In this document: positions 38,815-52,473 of the stretch, piece after piece
Layout of the letters: every line of letters starts with the position of its first letter
How positions within the stretch are numbered: the first letter of the stretch is position 1
Assembly (NCBI GenBank): GCA_000182565.2
Contig: KQ257460.1
Origin: Spizellomyces punctatus DAOM BR117
Taxonomy: Eukaryota
DNA length: 64,000 bases
Reading direction: 5' to 3' (one strand)
Notes under the pieces: model-generated
Told to the model about the DNA's origin: nothing
The model's input: the letters and a program-made list of their open reading frames with translations, nothing else
Databases searched by the model: none
Translations under genes and position numbers: made by a program

Positions 38815-39936
38815 TCAAAACAGCCGTTTCCCAACCTCATAACTCGACACCATCACCGCACAAGCCGGCGCAACTTTGGCCACTCTCGGCTCCACTCCTC
38901 TAAACAACCCCCTCCACCCCTCCCTCCTCACAATTTCCCTCAAAACCGGCACCATCCCCCCTTCTGCACCGACTTGCATGACTGTCTTGGCCACATCAAA
39001 AGGTGTGGTCAATATTGCAGCAATTGTACCCGCAACAGCACCCGATAGAAAGGCGTTGCGGAATTCGATATGGGTTGATGTTGGATTTGGGAGGTGGGTT
39101 TTTGTTTTTTCGTATGTTAACCAGTATATTCCTATTAAACCCAACCACATTAGCCGCCATAACAAACAAAACAATGCACACATGCATGCTCATCCTGACG
39201 TGTGTACTCACCACTAAACGGTACATCCCTCCAAAGTGTTGGCCCCAATCCCCTCCACAACCCTCTCACCCCCTCACTCTTAATCCAAGCCCTCACATCA
39301 CGGACCCTGCGCATCTTCCCCGCTTGCATCCGCGTACGCAATAACTCGAGTGGGGACGTCAACGTCGCAGCAAGCGCTATACACAAAAAGTCAAACAATT
39401 AGACTTGAGCCCAAAAACATAGAGTGCCATGTAACGTACTTCTTGCTAACCCCCCCGCAACGAGTGGGGCATACACACCCTCACCCCACCGTGCCACCAT
39501 CCGTCCCCGCACATCTTCATACCCAATATAATAAACAACTGTCGACGGAACAGACATGACCCTACATAATAAAAAATAAGCAACTCATCTTTTATATAAA
39601 TCCATATGTTGATACTCACAATGTTGGAACCAGTCCCCTCCAAAGCCCTTTCACACCCTCACTCCCCACCACAACTCTTATTATACTCTGCGTTGACAAT
39701 GGGTATGCTGACGACTGCATCCGGGTTTTGACTACATCAAAGGGCGTTACGAGGAGGGAAGTTAGGATGGCGCCTGTGCAGGCTGAGAGGGTCCGAATGT
39801 GGGTATGCGTGCTTGGATGCTAGTAAAGTGTGAATGGGTGTTGTGGGTTTGGGGAGAAACAGGACAAAAGAGGAGGCAATACCTTGATTTCGATACATTC
39901 TTCTAATACTTCGTATTCACCTTCGGAGAGTGACAT
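38815..39936 (-). CDS. MTM1: Mitochondrial carrier, Mtm1/SLC25A39-40 family, multi-exon
   Basis: Three carrier signatures TPFDVVKTRMQ, SPLELLRTRMQ and TPFDVAKT; TLWRDVPFSG; KVAPACAVMVSSYE. Confidence 0.88.
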
Positions 39937-40107
39937 GATCGTCTATGCAGCATGGTGGAACTTGGGGTTATCCCAAATTGTTTAATTTCAAAAAGATATT
40001 TCGTGACGGAATTTTTTCGGAATTCAGTCTGTGGCACGTGTTGAGTGATGACATATCCATATCTAATATCTTTTTAATCTTTTAAAAACATACATACAAA
40101 CAAGTGT

Positions 40108-43100
40108 TCATTCCTTTAGACTAGCCAAATACTCTTCATGCAACTTGCTCTGCACGCCCCACTCCTTTTCACACTTTTTTCGCCGACTCTTGCTCAGCAC
40201 TTCCCCATCCTTATCCTTGGTCGGTAATCCTTTTTCATCCCATTCAGAGTACTCTGATGTACGGAATAATTCCGAGGGAGGCGTCTTGCCTTTGAGGAGC
40301 TTCTCGGCCCGTTTGGTTTGTGCGAGGGCGAGGCGGGCGGCTTTTTCGAGGGCCTTTTCGTGTTCGCGCTGCGATAATTCGCGTGCCAAATTATTACTCC
40401 TTGATGTGTAAAGCGTTCCATGTTACGACATGATGCTTACCTGTCGTTTTTCTTCTCGTTGTCGAATCAGTGTCTCCTTGTCAATCAGCTTAACCAGGGC
40501 CTTGCCGTCTGTTACCAATTAGCCTTCCTGTTATCAACAAAAAAGAGAAAAGCACCGGTACGCACCCTCCCGATCATCCAACACAACACCCAACTCCACC
40601 ATATCCTCGTCCCGGAGCTTATCACACAACCGCAGCAAATCCTTGTAATCTGCGCCCACAATCAACACCCCATCACCAACCAAAGAAAAGCGACACTGGC
40701 ACTCACCTCCCCGATTCTGCGCCAAATCCCTCACAGCATCCCTAAACGCTGACAGAGCAACCACATACGGCAAAACATTCGTCTCCTCTTTCCGCAACCC
40801 CTCCCCTATATCCGGATTCCCATCTCCAAACACACCAAACATTCGCAGGAGATGCGTCACATATTTGGCAATCTTGGCCAACACGTCCGCATTAACAGAT
40901 TTGCTTTTGGTGGCGTCGGTGTAGTAGGCGTTTGCGACGCTGATGAGCTCGCGTAGTTCGGACATGACTGTGGGGGTGTTGAAGGAGTCGAGGAGGGCGA
41001 GGTGAATGAGATGTTGTTTTGTTCGGAACCTACACAAACGGGAGGTGTACAGTGAGTTTAGATACTCCAATTACCAAACAAAGGCACATACTTTTCCATA
41101 AGCTGCTTTTCAGCATCCCGATACTGATGTGCCCCCGTAAAGGCCTGCACAGACGACTGCTGTTCCATCACAACTGCTTTGACGTTCGCCAAAAAATTCT
41201 GCAAACAGAATCAATTGATATTCTTTCTTACCCATGGAAACACAATCCTACCTGAATGGTGGTTTCAACCGTCTTGGCCTCCATTAGCGACCCACTCCCA
41301 AAATCAAGCACAGAGTTCCACTGATGCAACAAAAACATGAGCCGGATCTGGGACGCTGTATACTGCGTTAACGCTTCCTATCATTCAATCAGTACCTTTT
41401 CACGCCCATTTCATCTGGCACTGCATGGAAGCGTACCTGGATCGTCACAAAGTTTTTCAAACTCTTGCTCATTTTCTGTCCTTCAATGTGTAAATGTCCC
41501 GCATGGATAAAGTAGTTGACCCATTGACGGCAGTCATAATATCCCTACAAGCACCCAACAGTTAGTCATGTGGATAGCCAAGTATTGCAAATGTACGGTT
41601 TTGGAACGAGCCGTGAACAAAACGATAGCATTCCCGGCCAGAGAATAGCCCCGACAGTTTCTTGCCAACACAAGGTCAGCTCAAAACATTTTGATCTTGA
41701 AAGCGGAATGAATGAACTGCCGTCATCAAAAGACGCATTCACATAATAATGTCCCAGCTTTCGGTGGTTCTTGTTTGTGCGTGTTTTGCTTACCTCTGCC
41801 TGAGCCATCTCATTGTCGTGATGCGGGAAAGCGAGGTCGATCCCACCGGTATGTATATCCAACTGCTCGCCAAGAACATCACTGGCCATGACACTGCACT
41901 CAATGTGCCACCCCGGACGACCCTATATTTAACCGTCAATATACGAAAAAAAGGCACACAAATACCGAGCCAACTACCCACCGCGCCCCAAGGAGACGGC
42001 CAAGCAGGTTCTCCCGCCTTGCTCTTTTTCCACAACGCAAAGTCAGCTGAATTCTTCTTCCCCATGGCTTCCCCACTCAAGTCTCCCTCCCCTTCCTGCA
42101 ACAGTTTGGTATTCCCGGCTGACCAGGGTTCTAACTTTGCATAATTGTGGTTGGGCGCATTATCGAATCGAACCGTATCAAAATAGACAGAGCCGTCCGC
42201 CTCGTATCTGTCATTTACGGTACGTGAGTAGTCTGCCATTTCGACAAAATCGTCTACAGAGCTTACGCATATCCGTTTTGAATAATCTTTTCAATGTACG
42301 TGACAATCTCAGGGACGTACTCGCTAACACGAGTCAGTACATCAGGTCGACGGATCTAGCGTGTGCATTATCATCTTAGCCTGATTTCACGTTCGTAATA
42401 CATATATTACTGCCAACCCACGTTCAATGCGTCCATGTCCTTAAAGTACGCATCTTCCCAGTACGCTGCAAACTCCCGGAACACTTTTGGATCTGTGACG
42501 GTATGTCCGTGCTGCAGAAACCGAGGTAAGCAACATGTTCTTGGTCAGATCGGCGCGCCAGGGCCAAACCTTGGAGTCTATCCATGAGGCCACAACGTCG
42601 CGGCTAGCGTCCAATAAATGATCCGCAGCCTCTTTGCCGGTCGATCCGTTCTCCAAGGATGTCTTGGCGCTAACCAAGGCTTCTACCGTACGTGTCTGTA
42701 GGCATCGTGTCAGACAACTGCAGTAGGCAAATACGAATCGAGTTTGCTCCAGGACTGTGCGCCAACTCACCGCAGTTTTGACAAACAAGTCAAACTTGGC
42801 TTCCTCTTGTGCCTCTGGAATACCGCCATTCTTGTACTTTTCCAAAAACGCACTAAACTCGTTTATTGATCTCGGGGCGTACGTCTTGAATTTCGATGTC
42901 ACATAGGTTCCCCATGCTTCTTCCACGGTAGCGATCAAGTCGGTCGTTAGTGCATTCGTCTCGGCTTTAAGACTTTCAAAGAGATACTTGTATCGAGCTT
43001 CTCTGATAATCTGAAAAGACCGCAATGAGCTTCATTACTTATCACAGGCTTGCCCCCATGCTGCAACCTTACCTTGTCATCAACATCAGTGATGTTCATA

Positions 43101-43645
43101 ACATAAAAGACGTTGTACCCAAAGTAATCCTCGAGAATGCGGCGCAGGATATCAAAGGTAATGTACGCTCTTTACAAGGGGATGAGTCATACATCGATCT
43201 ACAGGTAGCAGTAATACCCAAAAACGCACCTCGCATGTCCCATGTGTGACTTGTCGTATACAGTTGGCCCGCAGCAGTACCACCCAACCTGGTTTCCACT
43301 TATCGGGATAAATTCTTCCTAAAAAAAAAAGATCAACGCATGTTTTTACATTTCATGGCGGTGCGTAACATTGCTCGGAGAAACAGTGACAAGTACCTTG
43401 GACTTTGTCATTGAGTTGAGGATGCGCAGGGGTGGGACAGGTGTACCTTCCGGCTTTGCCCACTCGGGCTGCTTGATTCCGTTGGACATGTTGGAAAATG
43501 GGCTTGCAGTAACAGATGTGCGAGAGTGAAATAAAGTGCCAGAATGAAGGATTGAAAGACGGTATGCTACGACGACCTTGAAGCAGTGTCCCCGTGCAAT
43601 TAGTGGGCGTAACAGGTGCCGACAGCGAGCAATGGCTACCGACAT
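40108..43645 (-). CDS. CARS1: Cysteinyl-tRNA synthetase, probably dual cytosolic/mitochondrial, multi-exon
   Basis: [65 protein letters not shown]; second in-frame ATG at 43489. Confidence 0.94.
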
Positions 43646-43878
43646 GACTCTAATGGTGGGCGAGCGACAGCTCCCCAAACGCACTGATCTGTGCTGTGCC
43701 TCCTGGTTACTATGGCAATCACATGATACCATCATTTGTTTATCTTCATGAGAGTTTTCAATTGTATTGACTGCAATACATGTGTACGAGTAGTTGCACT
43801 CGCTGGCTCTATTTACTATACAATTTCTACAATTGATAATTCTTGTTTCTGCGAGCTATCAACATGATGCGGTCCATT

Positions 43879-44174
43879 TTACGGATCGATTTTGATCTTA
43901 CTGCACTCGCCTTGGTTGCAGCACAACACTCTGCTCGTAAGCGCATCGCATCCAAATTCTCCTCTCCCGCCTTGAACTGTGCATGCAGTCTCTTTCTTGC
44001 CTGCGTCGCACAGGGGCTTAAATTGACAAGAACTGAGGACGCAATCGGCATGGACAGTTGTCACTGCAGCATAAAGTTAGTATGAAGAGTCGCTCGGAAA
44101 GTAAAACGACAAAAGACTTTTATACACTGAGTAAGAGCGAACAAGACGAGAGCGAGGACAAGCAAGAACTTCAT
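43879..44174 (-). CDS. Small secreted cysteine-rich protein, 77 aa, 8 Cys, two exons
   Basis: Exon 1 (44174-44126) MKFLLVLALVLFALTQ; 62-nt intron GTATAA...CTAAC...GCAG; exon 2 (44063-43879) LTTVHA-DCVLSSCQFKPLCDAGKKETACTVQGGRGEFGCDALTSRVLCCNQGECSKIKIDP. Confidence 0.8.
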
Positions 44175-44440
44175 CGTGTTATATGAATTTATGATTGGAA
44201 TTTAGCAAGGTTTTTAGGTCGTTTCCTTTGCTGTAATAAAGTGCTGGAGAATCCCTTCCATATCTTCTCCTTTTTAAAGAACTATCGTCCCCGTCTTTTG
44301 TATCTTTTTTGCGGGTTCAAGCATCTTTTTGGATATGGGCCGTGGATTGGTAAGGATTACGGAAGCAAGGATCGCGGCTCACGGTCATGTGATCATTCCT
44401 ATTGCCTTGCTGCAGGGGTTGGAAGAAAACCAAGGGGGCA

Positions 44441-46323
44441 ATGAGTTCTCACGTTCCTTCCTTGCCGACGGGCGAATCGTCGCCTGCCCAGACCGCAAGC
44501 GAACCGTTCTCGTTTCAACGTTATATCCAACAGTTTGACAACGGAATGAATGACGCTTCTCCCAATGCTAGGGGGATAGCTGAAGCCTTGGCGATAGCCA
44601 AAGCCGCGGGAAAGAAGCGAAAGAGAGAAGCTGCGGAGGAGGCAGCAGGTCAAAAGCACCGTCTTCGGCTCAAGGCTCCCCACGGTCAGCATCAGGTCAA
44701 TATTGTACGCTATCAGCAGCAAGAGCCGACACCGTTATGGATACCTCCCGGCGTTCATTACAGCGGCACCCTCGAAGAACGTCTCACCCAAGAAATCCTC
44801 GACTTTGTCCGCTGCATGGAACCCACTCGTAAAGAGATTGAAAGACGACATGAGCTTGTAGCTCAGTATGAAAAACTGATTCAGACAAGACTCCGTGGGG
44901 CAATGTTGCGCATCTTTGGGTCGTTAGGGACAGAGCTTTTACTTCCCACTTCGGATCTGGATCTCGTCATTTCCGATCCCAACGGTCCTAAAGACCCCGG
45001 CAAGGAGCAAATGAAGAAGGGGCTTGCACAGGTTGCGTCTACGATCAAAAAGTCAGGACTACCGCGGTCGTTCGCGTTCATTAAAAATGCACGGATTCCC
45101 ATCTTCAAGTTGACAGATAAAGAGACGGTACATTAAGAATCCATCGTATGCGTAATGCGGTCCACTGATAAGCATTTTCTCAGGCGTTTGACGTGGATAT
45201 ATCCTACAATAACACGACCGGCTGTGATGCGATCCCTGCTGTCAAAGGGCTTCTGAACGAGCTTCCTTCTCTGCGCCCTTTGGTATTCGTTCTGAAGCAG
45301 TTCCTTCATGTACGAGGTCTTAATCGTGGAGATATAGGAGGTGTCGGTGGCTACGGGCTTGTCTGCTGGGTAGCTGGATTTTTGAGGTTGCATTCAGACA
45401 TCTTTGTCCATCGCTACCCACGCAACCCAGCTGCTGAGGCATCGTCGTCAAGTCAGGGTCCATCCGCCTCTAGTGGACCTGGACTGGGCGTACTTTTTCT
45501 GGATTTTTTGTTAATGTTTGGATTTTTGTTCGATTACCACGAACAAGGTCTTGATCCTGGTAACCCCGATGGTGTATGGTTGTTCAGGAAGCAGAAAAGA
45601 GATTTGAAGTCTCCAGCGAATTCGCACCTGCTGTCCATTCAGGACCCGAGCAATCGTCATCATGATGTTGGTAAGACTGCTTCTAAAATTAACGTGGTGA
45701 CATCACATCTCGCGGCGGCCTATGATGCTTTGGTTGAGGCCGATCGTAAACTTGGAGGGGATGTGCAGCATCGAACAAGGGTGTCCATGCTGGGAAAGAT
45801 TTTGAATGTGCAGTCTGAAGTTTTACTGTCTCGAGTGCCTCCACCTCTGAATCGTAAGGCCAGCAAAAGGGCCAGGCGGGCAGCAGCAGCAGCAGCAGAA
45901 GCTGCTGAAGCTAGCAGGTTGCCTGGAGGCAGCCCGCAGGGTAGGGGGCCTTCAGAGCCTGGCTCCGAGCGTGTGATAGCGGATTTTAGGCCCAGTCACA
46001 AGGAGGGCAAACGCGATCGTAGGCAGGTAGCGCTACCGCGTGGGAGGCCCGGACCCAGCCAGGACAACGCTGGATATATGCAGGAGACAGGTCGTGCGAG
46101 ACCGCATGGCGGGACTCGAAGTGACGATGTCTTTGGAGGAGGGATGTCATATGGGGGTCCTTCTTTCTCTGGTAGGCCTCCTCCACCCATGATGGGCCCT
46201 CCCATGAGAAGGGGTCCCCATCCCATATACTCTCCCCAGGGTCCGCCTCTTCGTCCGCCTTACCCGGTATACCCGCCTCCGGTAGATTACATGCCCGAGG
46301 CCAAGCGACGTCGGGGGGGTTAA
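44441..46323 (+). CDS. Non-canonical poly(A) polymerase/terminal nucleotidyltransferase (Trf4/Cid14/PAPD5-like)
   Basis: IFGSLGTELLLPTSDLDLVI (GS-DxD), ARIPIFK, VDISYNN, LRPLVFVLKQFLHVRGLN, GGVGGY, LSIQDP; one intron (~45128-45184). Confidence 0.88.
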
Positions 46324-46450
46324 TTATTTGGGCAGGTGGAAATAGACCTGGGAGGATGATTTTTCCTTTTTGTATAGATGTGTTGGTCCGCTATAGTTTA
46401 ACTTGTATACAAGAGTGTGTATATGTAATGTTTAAGATATCTGCCTTCGG

Positions 46451-47980
46451 CTACCCTAGATCTCCCGGAACTTCCTTCTCTTGTAAATTCTCCTCATCTT
46501 TCGGGAGGACAGTAGGCGTGTCAAACACAGGAGACTTTTCCCCTGATGGTGATCGCAACTTTCCCATTGTACTAAGGGCGTTCACCGCAAACACAGTATC
46601 TAACCCCACCTTCAACATGCGCCTTGCGTTGAAATGCTTCCTCAAATTACCGCCAACCCGCTCTCTCAAGTTGACTCGTTCATGCGTTCCGTCCTCAACT
46701 GGTGCGAGCGGCTTCCTGCCGTGTATGATCCAGGAATGGGAGAGTGCCTGCTCGGCCGTGAGTCGTTTCGCAACGTCCGGCTGCAACAACTGCCTAATAA
46801 AGTCTTTTGCACATGATGAAATCTCATCCCAATCTGGGGAGGGAACTAAACGTACAAACGAGAACAGAACTTTTGTCAAAAGAAAAAGGGAACAACAAAA
46901 TGACATGGACGAAAACATACATGTAAATTTGGCTTTGAGCATCAAATCCAGAATCGTTGCTTCCTCCTCAGCCCAGAATGGGGGGTATCCAGACAACAAT
47001 ATGTATGCAATAATACCGATGCTCCACATATCGACAGGCTTGCCATAGCGTTTGCCCGCAAGTATTTCTGGCGCCTACGGCAGCGGTACATTAAAATGTG
47101 AACTTTCAGGTTTTCAACGGTGCGTCAGTGCGTACCACATAAGTGAGCGTTCCACAGGCTGTTTTGAGCATGTTATCTTGCGTAATGAATGTCGAGAGCC
47201 CGAAATCCGCCAGCTTGATTTCGGCAGTTGGAGAGTTGGAGGACATTAACAAGTTTTCGGGTTTAAGATCCTAATGATTCACTGATTAGACTTGATTGAT
47301 ATAAAACAGGATGAAAAGTATGGTTGGAATCTTACCCGGTGCACAACGTTTTGTGCGTGGAGGTATTGGACAGCTTCTAGGGTATCCGTCACAATATTTC
47401 TTGCGTCATCTTCGCAGTAATAACCCAGGTTTAAGATACGGTCAAAGAGCTCTCCACCGTCCACACTATGCCAACACAAGTAGCATTATCAATATAAGGC
47501 AGAAATACCAACCAAAAACACTCTTTCAACTCACTACTCCATCTGTAAATACAATCTATCCTTTGTCTCAAAACATTCATGCAACTTGATGATATTTTTG
47601 TGATTGATTTGTTTCAAGATCGTTATTTCCTTCACGATGTGATCTTCGTAGCCTCTGCATTTTGCCTTGTCAATGACTTTCATGGCATACTTTGTCGGCG
47701 GTTCTCCTGGCGGCCGTGGTCTCCGATCTGTGGCGAGTATCACGGTTGCAAATGATCCACTGGAAGCAAATAAAAGCCATGTTCATTTTTCTGAATGTTT
47801 GACAGGATCAAGAATAGAAAAAAAAAACATACCGTCCAAGCTCCTGACCGAAATGGAACACTTTTGCAAATTGGAAAGAGAGAGTGTAAGTAGACTATCT
47901 AGCGGCAATCGCATCATATCCGCTTTTATTTCAGCAAAAGCAAAATGATGCATACTTTCTTTCAGGCTAGCTTTAGGCAT
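46451..47980 (-). CDS. Ca2+/calmodulin-dependent (CAMK1-like) Ser/Thr kinase, multi-exon
   Basis: YAMKVIDK, GGELFDRI, HRDLKPEN (spliced), DMWSIGIIAYILLSGYPPF, AKDFIRQLLQPD, FNARRMLK calmodulin-binding-like segment. Confidence 0.9.
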
Positions 47981-48332
47981 TTTTTACTATGCTCTGGTTG
48001 AAGGTGGTCCAGGAGAGCACGCTAGCACGGCGGTATTTTATCTAATGGAAACGGTCGAACGAAACGGCTTGTCGGATCGACCAATGGCATGTGGCGAGAT
48101 AAATGAAGCGATGAAGGGAAACATTTTCAAACGAAATACCACAATGTAGTAAATGCAACCACAAAGGCAAACCAGGAAAGACATACTCTATTATTAGATG
48201 CAGGTGGGACTGGACTCCATCGTCGGACCCTCGATCGGTGGTTGTTACGTAAGCGAACATGTCACCCGCTTCTGCCTTGCCAGAGGTTTTGAACATTTTG
48301 ACCTGCGGTATTCATTCCAAAAGCAGGGCGTC

Positions 48333-50189
48333 ATGCCGGAACCGACGTTTATCCTCCCAAAGATTTTGTACTTTTCACTCACATCAGCAGGATGCATTCT
48401 CTCATTTCTGTCAGTATATTTGTCACAGGTGCTGGCAATGCCAGCAACGCAAATCGGCGTCATCCTCGCAACAACGCCCCTCGTTCTCATGATTGGTAAC
48501 CCGTTTGCAACCGCCCTAGCAGACCGTCTCGGCGCGCATAAATATTTCGTTGCAGCAACTCTGACGGGGGCTATAGGGCTGACCCTCCTTATTTTCCTCC
48601 GGCCGCCCTTCCCGCTTTTGCTTGCGGGCACCGCTCTGGTTGCTCTACTTCGTAACCCTAGCTATCCAATTCTTGATGCATTGGTGCTTGCCATGCTGGG
48701 TGACAAACACAAGGATGAATATGGGCGACAGAGACTATGGGGCTCGATAGCCTGCGGCGTTTCGACAGCGTTTATAGGTTGGTTGATCGATTGGATGGGT
48801 AATCTGGAAGCGATGATATGGGGTCATGTGGGATTCCTAGCAGTGTTTCTGGTAGCGTTGAACTGGTTGCCGGTTAGTAGTCTCCGAGAAGGAAGAGAGC
48901 ATGATGAGGAGGCGTACTTTTCGCCGATACCGGGGGAGGATCCTGATCGGCACCCTGTGCTTCCGAGTGAAGAAGACGGTGCTTTAAAGGGCGCGGATGA
49001 AGAGGAAGATGAATTATTCAAGCAGAGTTCAATTGAAGTAAGAAATGATCAAGAAAATATGGCCAAAGGCTGGATACCGTTGAAAGATTATGCTGGCTCT
49101 AACCGTCCTGGCCAGCAGTCAGACCTCGGCGACGCAGAAGAAGGAATACAACCCACATCTCCTTTGATCGAAGACGCCTCAAATACTTCGTTGTCACCAA
49201 TTTCATCTAGAAAGTCTAGCGCCTCCGCTCAGATTTCCGTGTTCACCAGTAATGTACGCCCATTGTTGACGGACCCCGCAGTCCTCTTTTTTTATTCCCT
49301 GATATACATCATGGGCACGTCCGTGGTGAGCGTCCATTCCCCTTCGTATACCCCACTGCTCAGACATTTCTTCCCCTTGTCGGCCACAAAGGATGTTGCT
49401 GAACTGTACTCTACCAGGCTGTTGTCGACAGCTTTCTGTACCTCTTCCTTTCGAATCAAATGGGCGCTTCAAATACGTTTTTGGGAATAGTCAAATTTTT
49501 CCAAGTCGGGATGGAGATTCCATGTTTTTACTTTTCTAAGCAGGTCTGCTGCGGTTTTGTATTCGCATATTGCGACAATCTTGTCTATTATGATGTGATG
49601 GCACTATTATTGCGAGACTGATACTGTCCCATCATCTACCGCAGATCATGCGAAAAATAGGCGTCAGGAATATGCTGCTGCTTGCCCAAGTCATCCTCGT
49701 AATACGATTATGTGGTTATGGCTTGCTCCCTGCTGTCGGGAGCGTTTGGTTTGCACTGCCAAGCGAGTCACTTCATGGTATGAATAAGGGTTTGATCAAA
49801 GTTGGACCGTGGTTCTGATTATTGTGTTTAGGGGTATATTACGGAATCATGTGGGCCGGTGGTAAGTTGTTGGAAGTAGCGTTACCAGGGATCAAATGCA
49901 CATACTCATGGATTCACTAATTCACGGTAAAGCCGTTCGGTTCATGGACGATCGTGCTCCGCCTGCCTTAAAAGCCACCGCTCAAGGTGTCCTTAGCGCC
50001 GTGTATGGCGGACTGGCTCAAGCGTCTGGTGCACTGATCGGCGGCTGGTGGTGGGATAAACTCGAGGGTCGTATCATACCTTTGTTTTGGGGCCTGGCCG
50101 TAGCGAATGGTGCATACTTTGGACTGTTTGCGCTTTGCAGGACCCGACATACCGAATCCTCGCGCAACAGACTCGTAGTCCCATCCTAA
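48333..50189 (+). CDS. MFS transporter (MFSD6/MFS_1-like), multi-exon
   Basis: ATALADRLG, EYGRQRLWGSIACG, APPALKATAQGVLSAVYGG; multiple TM helices with a long central loop. Confidence 0.87.
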
Positions 50190-50234
50190 GTCCTTCAAGC
50201 TCTGCTGAATCCTGACGCATCCTTCCCACTGTAC

Positions 50235-51951
50235 CTATCTCATTTTAAATAATACATCACGCATCAATACGCCCACCACCCGACAATTCAAGCTGTTCCC
50301 CAGTAATCGCCATTTTTGTATAGTCGTAAGATTGGGAGGGAAGATCAGTTTGTGCCTGGAGGCTGCAGGTACACCTCCATCAAGGAATTGATGTATATTG
50401 GCCTCTCCGTCCACAGGAAATGCATGCAGCCGGGCAACTTCCGTAGGTGTGAAAAACCTCAAACCGAGATCTAACAAGTCGGTAGGATCGTCAAAGTTGT
50501 GAGGTTTCTATAATAGGAGGCTGGATGAGCTTTTATGGTGTCCACAATAACTGCCTATTGCCACGTACCTCAAACTTGTCGGTCTGAAGAAAGGAGCCAC
50601 TTCCAATGACATGATGGGACCCGTATGCCTGGGGAGTCAGCGTATAGCAGATTGGCTCATAAGCTACATTAGAACATCTACAATTTTACCTTAGTGAAAC
50701 ATGAGCATCGTCTATCCGAGGGATTCACAATATCTGCGGGACATTAGTTATCAGAGCTCGTTGGACAAATTGTAGCAAGCCATTCTACCCACCAAATCGA
50801 AATTTGTGACGCTTGGTTATGTACACATCAGGGACTTTGTAAAGCGTGGTGTCATCCAAGTCCTCCAAATACTCAGACAACATTCGAGGCTGCGGAGCGT
50901 TCTCCATTGTTTTCCCGAATATCGATTTTGGCCAGGGAGTCGTGTGGATCGTTGCATGTTCTGAGTATTTTCCTTCCCTCGAACTATCGTTTGCCAGGCC
51001 AACCCGTCGAGCCTAACATGGCAGGGTTAATTCGGGATACACTAGTAGTATGGAGAAAGTGGGTACGCTATGAAAGAGCATACCGTCAAGTAATATCGCC
51101 TTCGATCATTAGCGATACCAAACTGGAGCGGAGTCACCAGAAACTCATGAATCTCATAACCGAGCTCGTCCAGTTTGTCGACCATGAGCTTTCGGCTACG
51201 AGATAGCTGGAACCAAGATCACAACAGGTCTCAGGAACGATTTTAAACCGGAGGCCATCCTCCAAAGTTCAACCAACTTGCCCGCACGTAGCAGCAGGTT
51301 TGGGTCTACATTCGCACCTCAAAATTCGGGACATTCTTTGATGCAAAGTTAATTGTGAGTATGAATATCCAACTTGAGATGTCATGTAAGCCTAAAGGAG
51401 ATTAAGCACATTCTGCATACCTCGACAAAAACAAACTCAGGAGGCGTCTGGACAAGACCGAGCAATTCAATCAAATGTAGCAACCCTTCCGCTCGCGGGT
51501 CTTTATCATCTAGCTGTTTACCTCCTTGGGTATAAGGCTGACATGGAGGGGACATGAGCTGTAAAAAAATTAACGCCTATCAGATAGAAATGTATTCAAA
51601 TAATTGTAGATGCTCGAGCCTACCCAGCAATTCGCTTGGAGTTTATCGACGGCCTTAGGAGTAAGAGTTTGGATCCCGGTTTGGGTAGGCTTGAGTCCAA
51701 AGTTGTGATGGTAGCACAGATTGGCATGTTCGTTAATGTCAAAGGCTGCAACTACTTCGCTCCTGGGGTGAGCGTATTCAAGTCCATAATGCTAAAGAAA
51801 TTGTCACAAATCTTGTCCGCGACACTCACATGCACGAAACCTATGCTGAAAGTCAAAAGTTACCTACCAAGCCGCCAATACCGGAGAAGAACTCTAAAGC
51901 TCTTATTCGGTTCTCTAACCGCTCGGGGCCCTCGGGTTTCTGAAAAGTCAT
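50235..51951 (-). CDS. TRDMT1: DNMT2/TRDMT1 tRNA (cytosine-38-C5) methyltransferase, many exons
   Basis: ALEFFSGIGG (motif I), MSPPCQPYT (IV), FVENVPNFE (VI, spliced), the DNMT2-typical CFTK, LRFFTPTEVARL, LLGNSLN (X). Confidence 0.92.
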
Positions 51952-52473
51952 CTCCAATCCTCCATGTGCAGATCTCCACATCTCAACTCCCAACTCGAAC
52001 GTGGCACAGCTGATTCTGAAAGCCACGCTTACGATATCCATCGCTGAGATTCTGGGTCATAGGTGACTTCTGAGCATTCTTTTAATGCCATCAGACATAC
52101 ATGAAAGAGTTTCTCTCCAGTGAAATGGGGGCGAAGGAAGAACATGGGTTCCGATTATGCTGGTAAATCCCTCACGCAGATGAAATCGTGCGCTTAATGG
52201 CGTCTTTAAAAGGAAGCCTAATGACTTGCATAGATTCATGTCAGGACCGCCGTCAAGACGTCTTCACAATCTGTTTTACAGCTCCCCCCGTGCGTCAGAA
52301 GCGGAAAGCGACGGTAATCCACTTCCATTGTTCTATTCCATATCCTATTTCAGGGAGGTTCTCCGACCTGTACACGCTTCCGTGGCCAAAATGTTGCACA
52401 GCCCTGGATATCACTTTTTGGCACATCATCAAAAAAATTGGTTATCAGTCTATGTGGGAAATGGTGTTCACAT

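Noticed and set aside
50235-51951. DNA methyltransferase or restriction-modification system
   Set aside because: The CFTK motif and compact size indicate the tRNA-specific DNMT2; there is no partner nuclease.
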